This document shows, piece by piece, positions 27,961 to 38,500 of a DNA stretch of 64,000 bases. The position numbers were made by a program, and so were the translations under genes. Every line of letters begins with the position of its first letter. Position 1 is the first letter of the stretch. The stretch is from NCBI GenBank assembly GCA_030158725.1, contig JAOASJ010000031.1, positions 6,504-70,503 on the forward strand, in the 5' to 3' direction. Under the pieces are notes generated by a model, which made no database searches, was not told the origin of the DNA, and saw only the letters and a program-made list of their open reading frames with translations. This DNA comes from Bacteroidia bacterium. Lineage in GTDB: Bacteria; Bacteroidota; Bacteroidia; NS11-12g; UBA955.

Positions 27961-30825
27961 CTAGTAATTCTCAGACAACCAAAGATAAATGACATCTTGG
28001 ATTCTTGTCCTGTAATTACCTGTTATTAGTTCTTTGTTTTCTTCTATTGGACAAATTCTGTTGCTTAAGAACACATACACCAAACCTGATTTTGGGTCAG
28101 CCCATGTGCATGTTCCAGTAAAACCAGTGTGTCCAAACATTTGATGACTGCCTAAGGTACTGGCTGGACTGGTTTTGCCAGAAAAATCTGGTTTGTCAAA
28201 ACCCAAACCTCTTCTAGAATCTAAATTTTGATAGGTAGTGAACTTCTTTATGGTGCTTAATTTTAAGTATTCTCTACCATTGTATGTGCCACCTTGAACC
28301 AACATCTGCATCAATGCAGCCAAATCGCCTGCCGTTGAAAATATGCCTGCATGTCCGCTTACGCCGCCTAACATAGCAGCTCCAGGATCGTGAACATAGC
28401 CGCAAAGTTCTTGTTGTCTAAATAGACGGTCCAATTGTGTTGGTGCTATATTGTCTGTCTTCTGTTTTTTCCATGGATTATAGGTTATGTACCTTAATCC
28501 CATTGGTCTGTAAAACTCTTCTTCTACAAATTGGTCCAAACCTTTGCCTGATACTTTCTCTACAACCAATTGCATTAAAATCATACTTAAGTCGCTGTAA
28601 CGGTAAACTTTTGGCTCTAAAGGTGAATCAAATACACGCTTGTAAATGGTATCCTTATTTGCTTTTAACATATACAGTTTGTCTGCCACCTTTATGCAAA
28701 AAGCGCTGTCTTCTTTTGCACAGTATACACTATCAATAAAGGGCAAAGTTTCTTTGTAAAAAGGAATCCATGCTGTCAAACCAGCTCTATGTTGGAGAAT
28801 ATCTGAAATGATTAAATTCTCTTTATTGGTGCCTATTGATTGAGGTAAATAATATCCTAAGTTTTTCTGTAAATCAATTTTTCCATTTTCATATAGCTTC
28901 ATCACCGCTAGGGTAGTGGCGGCAATTTTTGTTACTGAAGCGATATCATAAATGCTACTGTCGTTTACTTTTTTTAATTTGTCGTAATTTAGATAACCAT
29001 ATGAACGGTTAAAGACTTCTTTGCCATCTTTTAAGACCAAAACTCTGCAACCAGGTGCTGCTTTCTTTTGAATCAACTGTTGGACTATACCATCAATTTC
29101 ATTTAGTTTATTGGTGTTGTTAATGTTTAAGCTGGATTCATTTTTTGAATAAGTTCTTATTTTAATGGGCAATTTCCCTTTTTGAGAAATCTTTCCTACA
29201 AGTAAATTAACTGCAGCTTTATGGTAATATTTTAAGTCTTCATAAGCTGCAACAACTGCAGCATTTTCAGGTAAGTATTGCAATACATAAGGATTACAAA
29301 AACCAACAACTATAAGTTTCTTTTTCTTTGCCAATAAATTTATCAAAGCAAAGTCATTATCCGTATATCCTGCTTTTTCTTGTTTCCAAAATTTAGGTTG
29401 GTGTAAACTTAATACCACCGTAGTATATGGGCCTAATTTATTCAACAAACCACCCTGCTTTTCAGCATTGGCATCTTTATCCATAGAAATGAAATGATTG
29501 AAACCATTGGCACTCAATTCTGTTTTCCAAGATGATTCTAACAAATCGCCAATGGTAACGAAAACAGTTTTGTCATTCTCTAATTGACTTATGGTTTTTT
29601 GAGGATCTCTAACAATCTCAACTGCTGAATTTGCAACATCTTGAAGCAAGATTTCATTTTTATTGCTGTTCAAATCCTGCAATAAATGGGCAGTTTCTAT
29701 TGGTTTATACTGGTCTAATCCCGCAACTTTCTTCCATTTTAAAATTCTTGTAACACGTTTGTCTAATTCGGCCTCGCTAACCAATCCTTTTAAAATAGCA
29801 TCTTTAATAAGTTCAAATGCTTTAGGCACATTTTCACTGAACATTAAAATATCATTACCAGCTAAAAATGCTTCAAGTTCTAAAAAACCTGGTTCATAAT
29901 ACTTTGAAACGCCTTTCATGTTCAAGGCATCTGTAATCACCAATCCATCAAACTTCATTTTCTGACGGAGTACAGTATCAATAATGTATTTTGATAGAGA
30001 TGCTGGTCTATTTGGTCTTGAGTCCAACTGAGGAAAGAATATATGTGCCACCATGATAGATGGAACGCCTTGCCCGATTAAATATTTAAATGGATAAAAT
30101 TCAGTGCTGTCTAATTGTTGGTAAGATTTGTCTACCTCTGGCATATCCAAATGTGAATCGGTATGTACATCACCATGGCCAGGAAAATGTTTGGCGCATG
30201 AAAGAACATCTTCACTCAACATCCCTTTGCTAAATGCATCGGCAGTAAATGAGATTCTTCTTTTGTCGTCACCAAATGCCCTAAAGCCAATTATCGGGTT
30301 TTTAGGATTAACATTGATATCTACATCAGGTGCAAAGTTCATGTGTATGCCTAATCGCTTTAAATCGCGTCCTATTGCTGCACCAATTTCGAAAGTTAAA
30401 CTGTCTTTTTGCAAAGCACCTAAAGTGATAGCATAAGGAAACTTTTGAGTGTGCTGTAAACGCATTGCTAAGCCCCATTCTGCATCTATACCAATCATCA
30501 TTGGTACTTTTGAAATGGATTGTAAATAATTGCTTAGATATGCTTGTTTTAATGGGTCATTTTGAAAAAACACCAAACCACCAACATGGTAATTTAATAC
30601 CTGATTTTCCAAATCTGCTGTATGTTGAGCATCCTTATTGCTATAGGCTGCTACCATAAACAATTGTCCAATCTTCTCGTCCAAACTCATTTGCTTGAGT
30701 TGGTATTCATACCAAAATTCAGGCACTTGAGCATTCAATTTGTCATTAAACAATAAACAAATTGCGAGAATAGATATCTTAAAGATTTTTATCAAAATAG
30801 GAAATTGTTCTGAACTATCTTTCAA
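27961..30825 (-). CDS. Glycoside hydrolase family 3 (NagZ-like beta-N-acetylhexosaminidase) fused to a C-terminal serine hydrolase (beta-lactamase/PBP4-AmpH fold).
   Basis: GH3 motifs KHFPGHGDVHTDSH and GIDAEWG. C-terminal SxxK (ASVTKI) and a beta-lactamase-fold domain. 954 aa. The 5' end overlaps the upstream enoyl-CoA hydratase gene by 11 nt. Confidence 0.85.
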   Translation of the reverse strand: MKDSSEQFPILIKIFKISILAICLLFNDKLNAQVPEFWYEYQLKQMSLDEKIGQLFMVAAYSNKDAQHTADLENQVLNYHVGGLVFFQNDPLKQAYLSNYLQSISKVPMMIGIDAEWGLAMRLQHTQKFPYAITLGALQKDSLTFEIGAAIGRDLKRLGIHMNFAPDVDINVNPKNPIIGFRAFGDDKRRISFTADAFSKGMLSEDVLSCAKHFPGHGDVHTDSHLDMPEVDKSYQQLDSTEFYPFKYLIGQGVPSIMVAHIFFPQLDSRPNRPASLSKYIIDTVLRQKMKFDGLVITDALNMKGVSKYYEPGFLELEAFLAGNDILMFSENVPKAFELIKDAILKGLVSEAELDKRVTRILKWKKVAGLDQYKPIETAHLLQDLNSNKNEILLQDVANSAVEIVRDPQKTISQLENDKTVFVTIGDLLESSWKTELSANGFNHFISMDKDANAEKQGGLLNKLGPYTTVVLSLHQPKFWKQEKAGYTDNDFALINLLAKKKKLIVVGFCNPYVLQYLPENAAVVAAYEDLKYYHKAAVNLLVGKISQKGKLPIKIRTYSKNESSLNINNTNKLNEIDGIVQQLIQKKAAPGCRVLVLKDGKEVFNRSYGYLNYDKLKKVNDSSIYDIASVTKIAATTLAVMKLYENGKIDLQKNLGYYLPQSIGTNKENLIISDILQHRAGLTAWIPFYKETLPFIDSVYCAKEDSAFCIKVADKLYMLKANKDTIYKRVFDSPLEPKVYRYSDLSMILMQLVVEKVSGKGLDQFVEEEFYRPMGLRYITYNPWKKQKTDNIAPTQLDRLFRQQELCGYVHDPGAAMLGGVSGHAGIFSTAGDLAALMQMLVQGGTYNGREYLKLSTIKKFTTYQNLDSRRGLGFDKPDFSGKTSPASTLGSHQMFGHTGFTGTCTWADPKSGLVYVFLSNRICPIEENKELITGNYRTRIQDVIYLWLSENY

Positions 30826-31597
30826 AGTTTGCTTTTCTTTTATTTAAGAAAGCATCGGTTCCTTCTTTAAAATCTTTAGTGCTAAAAGCATGCCCAAATT
30901 CTTCAATCTCAGTTAAAAATCCATCTTTACCTTCAGTGAAATATGCATTGATGCATTTAATTACTTTAGCAACTGCAATTGGAGATTTACTTGAAATCTT
31001 AGTTAATATTTCCATACATCTTGGCAACAAGTCTTCTATTGGAAGTACTTCATTTACCAAGCCATATTCCATAGCTTCGTTTGCGCCTATTACATCTGCA
31101 GTTAATAACAACTGAGTGGCTTTGCCTTTCCCGATTAATTGAATTAATCTTTGTGTGCCAGCATATCCTGGAGGCAAGCCAAGGTTAACTTCTGGTTGAC
31201 CAAACTTTGCATTTTCAGAAGCCAAACGCATGTGACAAGCCATTGCCAATTCACATCCTCCACCTAATGCAAAACCATTAACAGCTGCAATAACTGGCTT
31301 TCCGGAATTTTCAATTGTGTTCATTACTTCATGTCCATCAGCCGACATTTGATTGCCTTGCTTGGGTGTAAAATTTACAAACTCAGAAATATCTGCACCT
31401 GCTGCAAAAGCTTTTTGTCCTGCTCCAGTTAAAATGATGCCATGAACTTCTTTATCTGAATTAGCTTCTATTACTGCTTGTTTTATTTCTTGAAGGGTTT
31501 GAATATTAAGTGCATTTAATTTGCTTTCTCTATTAATGGTAATCGTGCAAATACCATTTTCATTGTTGCTTAAAATGTTTTCGTACATAATGGGCAA
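30815..31597 (-). CDS. Enoyl-CoA hydratase/isomerase (crotonase) family protein.
   Basis: Crotonase signatures ILTGAGQKAFAAGADI and GFALGGGCELAMACH. 260 aa. Confidence 0.85.
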   Translation of the reverse strand: MPIMYENILSNNENGICTITINRESKLNALNIQTLQEIKQAVIEANSDKEVHGIILTGAGQKAFAAGADISEFVNFTPKQGNQMSADGHEVMNTIENSGKPVIAAVNGFALGGGCELAMACHMRLASENAKFGQPEVNLGLPPGYAGTQRLIQLIGKGKATQLLLTADVIGANEAMEYGLVNEVLPIEDLLPRCMEILTKISSKSPIAVAKVIKCINAYFTEGKDGFLTEIEEFGHAFSTKDFKEGTDAFLNKRKANFER

Positions 31598-31734
31598 ATT
31601 TAAATTAAAAATTTTAGATACTTATAGGTAGTTTATATTCATTGTGTCTATTTAATTGCATAATCAACTTGTCCTTTGTTGGATAATACTATTTGTATAG
31701 CGCTCAAATAGATTTATTTTTGTTGAACTACTAT

Positions 31735-32907
31735 ATGAGAACCAATTACTTGTTTTTGATTTTTTGTTTTGTTTTTTCTACATCTGTTTTCGCTGATATA
31801 CCTAAAGATCTAATGAAGCGCATTCTTAATGCTAATGCTTCATTCGAACAATATCAGATAAAATATGAGCGTAAATTTAAATACCCTTTAGAAAAAGATA
31901 CTTTATCTGAAGTCTATATTTCTACAATATACAGAACCGATTTAGAATATTATATCGGTTATCAACAAGTTAATTATCTTAAATCAAATGCCGCTAGAAG
32001 CATTATAGCTTCGAATACTAAAGGTATGTATAGAGTGAATTTTAGCAACAATATTTCATATAAAACATTGCTTGCCGATAATGAACCTTTGTTGATTAAA
32101 AACTTAAGTGCAAGTATTTATAAACCTTTATTGTATAGCAGAAGCGATTTGGCCAGTTTTACTGAAAAGAACAAAGATGCAAAGTTTATTTATTTAGAAA
32201 AAACAGATAGTGTTAAAGATGCAAAAAAGCGTTTCGTTTGCATTGAAAAAACCATCATTTGTATTGATAAACAAACTTATCTTCCTGTTTCTGAAGAACA
32301 ATTTACCATTGGCAAAACCAATAACCAATACAGTTTATACAAATTGGTTGATTACACTCTTCTGGATAAAAATTCATACAAACCAATTTTAAAAACAGCT
32401 GATTCATTTATTGCAGTTATAAAAACCTTCCCAGACGGTGATTCAATAAAAAATTCAAGAAAAGATTTGTATCAGAAAATTAAACCAGGAGATACCTTAA
32501 CCCAAATTATGGCCACTTTGTTTAGAAAGGCTAATTTTAAATTCCAAGACATTAAGGATTCTATCGTTCTTCTCGATTTTTTCTATACCACCTGTGCTCC
32601 TTGTGTTGCTGCAGCTCCTGAATTAAACGCGTTGTATTCAAGCTATAAAAACAAAGGGGTATATTTATTCGGAATAAATGCCTTTGAAACCGATTGGGCT
32701 AACATCAATAAATATGTCACAGATCATCAAATTTTATATCCAATAATAGAGACAAATAAACAAACTTTATATAATTTTGGCGTCACTGGATTTCCGCGCT
32801 TATTAATTATTAAAAATGGAGTTCTTGTGAAAATTATATATGGTTATACCAAAGGTGTAACCGAAATGCTTAAATTAAATATTGATCAACTGTTAATCAA
32901 ATCATAG
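31735..32907 (+). CDS. TlpA/ResA-like thioredoxin-fold protein with a roughly 270-aa N-terminal domain of unknown function.
   Basis: Signal peptide from MRTNYLFLIFCF. The track ORF begins earlier, at 31693. C-terminal thioredoxin fold with CxxC (FYTTCAPCVAAAPEL). Confidence 0.55.
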   Translation: MRTNYLFLIFCFVFSTSVFADIPKDLMKRILNANASFEQYQIKYERKFKYPLEKDTLSEVYISTIYRTDLEYYIGYQQVNYLKSNAARSIIASNTKGMYRVNFSNNISYKTLLADNEPLLIKNLSASIYKPLLYSRSDLASFTEKNKDAKFIYLEKTDSVKDAKKRFVCIEKTIICIDKQTYLPVSEEQFTIGKTNNQYSLYKLVDYTLLDKNSYKPILKTADSFIAVIKTFPDGDSIKNSRKDLYQKIKPGDTLTQIMATLFRKANFKFQDIKDSIVLLDFFYTTCAPCVAAAPELNALYSSYKNKGVYLFGINAFETDWANINKYVTDHQILYPIIETNKQTLYNFGVTGFPRLLIIKNGVLVKIIYGYTKGVTEMLKLNIDQLLIKS

Positions 32908-32908
32908 A

Positions 32909-33547
32909 ATGTATTTATTCCCAATTTTAAATGGTATTTGGCAAGGTTTTGTTATCAGTATTTTATTGTTTGGCCCCGCTTTTTTTAAACTCATTCACAC
33001 CAGTATTCAAGATGGTTTCAAAAAAGGTGTGATGTTGGCATCCGGTGTTTTTTTAAGCGATTTATTGGTCGCCATATTATGTATTTTAGGGGTTGCTGAT
33101 TTTATGCAAAACCCAGCATTTCAAAAAATGTATAGCCTTTGTGGTGCTGTAGTCCTTTTTTTAATGGGGGTAAAATATTTCCGCCACCAATACAAAGCTT
33201 TCTTACAATCTTATTCGGCTAGGGTTCCTTCAAGTAAAAGCATATTAAAAGGTTTTTGGCTAAATCTTGTTAATCCTTTTACTTTCATTCTTTGGTTTAA
33301 TGTTATGGGCTCTATTAGTTTAAAATATGCCGAAGAAGCTAACTATAAAATACTATTAAGTGTTAATTTAATAACAATTCTTGTTGTGCTTTTTTTAATG
33401 GATGTTTTGAAAGTATTTCTCTCTCACTTAATCGGCAAAAAATTAAACGCTAGAATTTTCTTTACCATCAATAAATATTTTGGTTTGCTATTAATGATTA
33501 TTGGTTCCGTGTTTCTTGCACGATTTATTGGTTTAATTGTTCGATAA
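32909..33547 (+). CDS. LysE family amino-acid exporter.
   Basis: 212 aa with 6 TM helices, a typical LysE/RhtB topology. Starts 1 nt after the upstream stop. Confidence 0.65.
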   Translation: MYLFPILNGIWQGFVISILLFGPAFFKLIHTSIQDGFKKGVMLASGVFLSDLLVAILCILGVADFMQNPAFQKMYSLCGAVVLFLMGVKYFRHQYKAFLQSYSARVPSSKSILKGFWLNLVNPFTFILWFNVMGSISLKYAEEANYKILLSVNLITILVVLFLMDVLKVFLSHLIGKKLNARIFFTINKYFGLLLMIIGSVFLARFIGLIVR

Positions 33548-33548
33548 T

Positions 33549-34400
33549 CTAAATGATCGAAAATATATAAACCAATAAACATTGAATAATTAACAAACCA
33601 TCTAACAATATCTTGTAATAATAATGGTGTTTGATCATACTTTTCGAGTAGATTAAATACAGCAACAAAATGCTTGAAATTAAAAAAGCTAACTCAATCA
33701 CTATAGCTCCTGTTACAGTTAAATAATAAACTGTGAAAAAATTCATCGCCAACAACAAACAAATAACTATTCTCTGAATTTGCTTTACAGTATATATATG
33801 TGCCAAGGTCACTATGCCATCTTCTTTGTCAACCTCTTTATCTCTGATATCAAACGGAAGCGTTATGGCTGCAATGAATGAAAAGCGTGCAATAAACAAT
33901 GCGATTAATTCAACTTTATCTATATTTACATTACCTATTTCAATAGGAATGTTTAGTGTTAAATAGGTCCAAACAAAAGCTACCATGAAGGTCTTTAAAA
34001 ATGGTATTTTCTTTATTGCATTTATGTTTTTGTGTTTAATTACAAACGGTAGTGAATACAACAAAGTAATAGTTCCTATAAGAAATAGTTTAATATACAA
34101 TTCACTTGAAATGTTAAGCAAGCAAATTGAAAGTCCAATTATAGAAAAAAGTATAATGACTTTTAAGTTCAAATAGAATGGCTCTTTCTCAAGTTTGTTT
34201 CCTGCGTGAAATTTGTTTTTTAGTAATTTGTGTAGGTTGTAATCTAACAAGCTGGCAAAGAATAAAAGTCCTGAATATGGGGCAAACTCTATGTTGTGCT
34301 TGCATAGAATTAATGTTTGAAAATACAAAGCCAATGCTCCAAAAGCAACGATGAAGTTATACTCAACAAAGTAATTCAATATTGATTTAAGCTTATTCAA
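33549..34400 (-). CDS. Polytopic membrane protein, possibly a UbiA-superfamily prenyltransferase-like protein.
   Basis: 283 aa with about 8 TM helices. Has an Asp-rich loop (DIRDKEVDKEDGIVT) resembling the second UbiA motif. The first NDxxDxxxD motif is not evident. Confidence 0.3.
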   Translation of the reverse strand: MNKLKSILNYFVEYNFIVAFGALALYFQTLILCKHNIEFAPYSGLLFFASLLDYNLHKLLKNKFHAGNKLEKEPFYLNLKVIILFSIIGLSICLLNISSELYIKLFLIGTITLLYSLPFVIKHKNINAIKKIPFLKTFMVAFVWTYLTLNIPIEIGNVNIDKVELIALFIARFSFIAAITLPFDIRDKEVDKEDGIVTLAHIYTVKQIQRIVICLLLAMNFFTVYYLTVTGAIVIELAFLISSILLLYLIYSKSMIKHHYYYKILLDGLLIIQCLLVYIFSII

Positions 34401-34503
34401 CTTTATTTAAAATGAATTTAAATTCAATGCAAAGTAAACTATAAACTCAATTAATGTGGTTCTATATTTGATTTTATTAATGATTAATAACTAAATTTGC
34501 AGC

Positions 34504-35496
34504 ATGAAAATCGCTGTAGTAGGTGCCACTGGTTTGGTCGGAACAAAAATGTTAGAAATCTTAGAGGAAAGAAATTTTCCATTAACTGAATTAATTCCAG
34601 TAGCCTCAGAAAAATCGATTGGTCAAAAAGTAAAATACAAAGGCAAAGAATATTCAGTAGTTGGTATGCAAACAGCAATTTCAATGAAACCAGATATTGC
34701 TTTGTTTTCAGCAGGTGGAAATACAAGTTTGGAATGGGCGCCACTTTTTGCAGAAGTTGGAACTACGGTTATTGATAATTCTTCTGCATGGAGAATGGAT
34801 CCAAGTAAAAAATTAGTGGTTCCTGAAGTTAATGCTAACGTATTGACTAAGGATGATAAAATTATTGCAAACCCAAATTGTAGCACCATTCAAATGGTTG
34901 TTGTTTTAAAACCACTTCATTTGAAATATAAAATAAAAAGGGTAGTGGTAAGCACTTACCAAAGTGTGACCGGTACAGGTAAAAAGGCTGTAGACCAATT
35001 GATGAATGAACGCAATGGTGTTTCAGGGCCAATGGCGTATTCATATCCAATCGACCTGAATTTAATCCCACAAATTGATGTATTCACGCCAAATGATTAC
35101 ACCAAAGAGGAAATGAAAATGGTAAACGAAACCAAGAAAATTATAGGCGATGACAGCATTAGAGTTACCGCTACCGCTGTTCGTGTGCCTGTTATGGGTG
35201 GCCATAGTGAAAGTGTTAACATTGAATTTGAAAACGATTTTGAACTGCCTGAATTGATCAATCTATTAGAAAATTCACCAGGTATTGTTCTTCAAAATAA
35301 TTTAGCCAATGCTGAATACCCAATGCCACTAAATGCACACAACAAAGATGCTGTATTTGTTGGCAGAATTAGACGCGACGAATCACAAGATAAAACCTTA
35401 AACTGTTGGATAGTTTCTGATAATTTGAGAAAAGGCGCTGCTACCAATGCGGTGCAAATTGCAGAATATTTGGTCCATCACGGATTGTTGGCTTAA
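34504..35496 (+). CDS. asd: Aspartate-semialdehyde dehydrogenase.
   Basis: N-terminal Rossmann motif MKIAVVGATGLVGTKM. Active-site region NPNCSTIQMV. 330 aa. Confidence 0.9.
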   Translation: MKIAVVGATGLVGTKMLEILEERNFPLTELIPVASEKSIGQKVKYKGKEYSVVGMQTAISMKPDIALFSAGGNTSLEWAPLFAEVGTTVIDNSSAWRMDPSKKLVVPEVNANVLTKDDKIIANPNCSTIQMVVVLKPLHLKYKIKRVVVSTYQSVTGTGKKAVDQLMNERNGVSGPMAYSYPIDLNLIPQIDVFTPNDYTKEEMKMVNETKKIIGDDSIRVTATAVRVPVMGGHSESVNIEFENDFELPELINLLENSPGIVLQNNLANAEYPMPLNAHNKDAVFVGRIRRDESQDKTLNCWIVSDNLRKGAATNAVQIAEYLVHHGLLA

Positions 35497-35561
35497 TTTT
35501 TTGTCATTTTAAAGCCACCTTTTACCTCAAAATAGCGTCTTACTATAAATTTGACTTATTT

Positions 35562-38500
35562 TTGAACATCCGTAAATATTTAACCATATTATTTTTTGCT
35601 TTTAGTGTTAGCACTCAGGCTCAATGTATCATTGGTGTTAAAGGTTTGCCTTGTATAAATAATCCTTTAGAATTTCTTTCTAATACCCCTGGGGCAACAA
35701 ACCATAATTGGAATTTTAACAATGAGGGTTTTAATAACACCAACTCTAATCCAACTTTTACGTTTGCAACCTTAGGAACTAAAACAATTACCTACTCTTG
35801 TACTTTGCCTAATGGTAACCCCTGCAGCAGCTCTATTACAGTAGTAATAAAAGACCGTCCGAAAATTAAAATCAGATTGCTCAGCGATTCTGTTCAATGT
35901 TTTGAAAATAATATTTTCTGCTTTGTTGATTCGAGTGTATCTGGTGATAATGACTATTGTATAAAATCGATAAAGTATTTATTTAGTGACGGTGAACTTA
36001 TAACCAAGTACGGAAGTAAGAATAAACCAGTGTCCTTGCCATCCAATTTTTGCAAGTCATACCTCGATCCTCAAGGTGCCGTCCATACGCTAACCGTTGA
36101 AATAGAAGATTGCAATGGTTGTATTTACAAACAGCAAATGCCATTTACAATGAAAGTGCAAATGCTGCCACCCATCTCTGCTATTTTTGATGAAAAATCT
36201 AGCAACTGCAACGGAACTGTTAGAGTTAAATTCACCAATCAAACCCAAATGTCTCGTTCTAATGTATCCAAATTTATTTGGGATTTTGGTGATGGAAGTA
36301 AAGATTCAACAAATTGGGATAGTGTATTCCACGATTACACTTCGGGTAATAAATTGACTAAGATATTTTCACCCAAACTAATTATTTATACTGGAAATGG
36401 ATGTAAGCGTGAATTCAATCTGAAAGATATTGTAGTTTTTAACTTTAAGCCGTTTATTACCAAAGACCGCGATTCAATTTGTGTTGGTGAAACCATCAAC
36501 TATAAATTATTTCCACTCGAAATGAAGGATTATATAAGTGAAATTAAAATACGTTGGGATTTTGATCCAGGTATTGATTTCGCCTACCAAGCAAGTAATT
36601 CCTACCAAACCGTTGGGCCTCATATCGTCACTTGCACAGTGCCTCATGTTTGCGGTCCTTATGTACTTTACGATACAATTACAGTTATTGGTCCTAAGTC
36701 AGTCATTGAACCTGATTGGATTGACCCATATGAAAGGTATCAATGCCAAGCAAAAGATACCGTGCATGTTGCCGATCATTCTGATTATTACCACAATGAC
36801 CATAATTTTTTAGACGATGACAGTCTTTTGAATAAAAAGCCTGCCCAGTTTAAATATGCGTTTAAATTTGATCCACGACTTGGTCGCAATGTGCCTTTAA
36901 AACCGTTTAACTACGACCGTAATGATGTCAATGTTGAACGAATATGGGATTTTGATGACCCTTATTGTTTGCCTTGCACCAGCGACAGAAAAGCCAATAT
37001 GAATGTTGGTTTGAACTGCAGATACTCGAGAGATAGTGCAGATTATCACGTCTATACCGATTGGGATTCAGTCTACAACTATTTATACACCAAGGCTTAT
37101 TTCAATCTGGCTTACTTTGACCCAATTGTGAAAACCTGCTCAAATAAAAAAATTTGGTATGCCGATTCACTGTATGCAGTTACCGATTCGGTTCTCTATT
37201 ATGCGGATAATGCTCTAGGACTCAAAGCCAAAGATAGCAGTGTTTTCAAACATGTTAAACATTTTATCAAAATAAATGCAGGCCTAAAAGGTAAAGCAGT
37301 TTATGATCCATTTTCTGATTTAAGGGTTTACATACCAAGCGGCTGTTCAATACAAATTGACAAAAAAGATGGTTCTGCTTTTTTACAAGTTAATGGGCCT
37401 CAACTTTATAATGTCAGCAATTTCCATAGAATTATTACTGGGCAAAACGATTCTTGCTTTTTTGTTTATGGAATAAAAATATTTAAAGATACTTTGCCCT
37501 TGAATTGGGTGAAAAATTACCATTTAAGGGTACACAAAGTTAAACTTCCCAATATTAGGTCGAACGATAGCATTAATTCTATTTTACACAGGCGATTGTT
37601 TTATCAAATTGTACCTAGATGCTTTAAGATTACGCTTTCTTTGAGAGATACAGTGCATCCAATGCATTGTTTTAATCAGGCAAGTGCAGCAGTGGCTTTA
37701 TTGCCTCCTTCAGCAAAAAGATTAAGTATTAATGATCATTATTGTTATGGTTACAATGCTAAGGTTCTAGAGTTTAGTTTGGAAGACACCAAGCCCGGCT
37801 GTTTGTCTCCTAATGTTCAGTTTAATCCAGATTACATAAAAAATCCAGATGATTGGAATTTGCTTAATAATTTGTACTATGGAGATATGGCTAGAAATGT
37901 TTTTCTAAACGGTACACCACCATACAAGGGATATGCTAAAGAAGGGCCCAATAATGGTTTGTTTTATTGGGTGTACAATGATAGCATTTTGGGCAAGAAG
38001 AACATTCAAGATATTAATTTGGCTTTAATTGTAGGAAATGGATTAAGCCCTGATGAATGTGCTGATACCGTTTACTACAAGAATTTCGCAAGCTTCCCTA
38101 GATTGTCGCCTGATATTGTTTTTGCGACCAACAACAAATCAGTAGAACATACATGTAAAGATACTTTTGTTTATGTATATATTCCCAGCGATAGACCGGA
38201 TGCTAATTTCTTAGCCAATCAATCGAGTTGGTATATTATAGATAACCGTTCAGGAGATACATTAGAGCGTATTGATGAAACGTATTTTAAAGTACGCGAC
38301 CATTACAAGTATCCTAATCAGAAAGTTAACTACACAGTAATTGAAAGAAGTAAAATTAATAAGCATAAATTAAAATTGGTTCAAACAGATACTTTGTTTA
38401 CAGCAATAGTTCATAAATATAAAGCCATTGCTTTGCCAGGTGCTGGATTAAATGAATTGAAAAAAGATATGGCCAGACTGGGCTTCGATATTAATGACTT

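Noticed and set aside
27961-30825. The beta-lactamase-fold domain in the GH3 fusion, considered as an acquired resistance gene.
   Set aside because: It is fused to a NagZ-like glycosidase and lacks class A/C/D signature sets beyond SxxK. That is consistent with a PBP4/AmpH-like peptidoglycan hydrolase and not a resistance enzyme.
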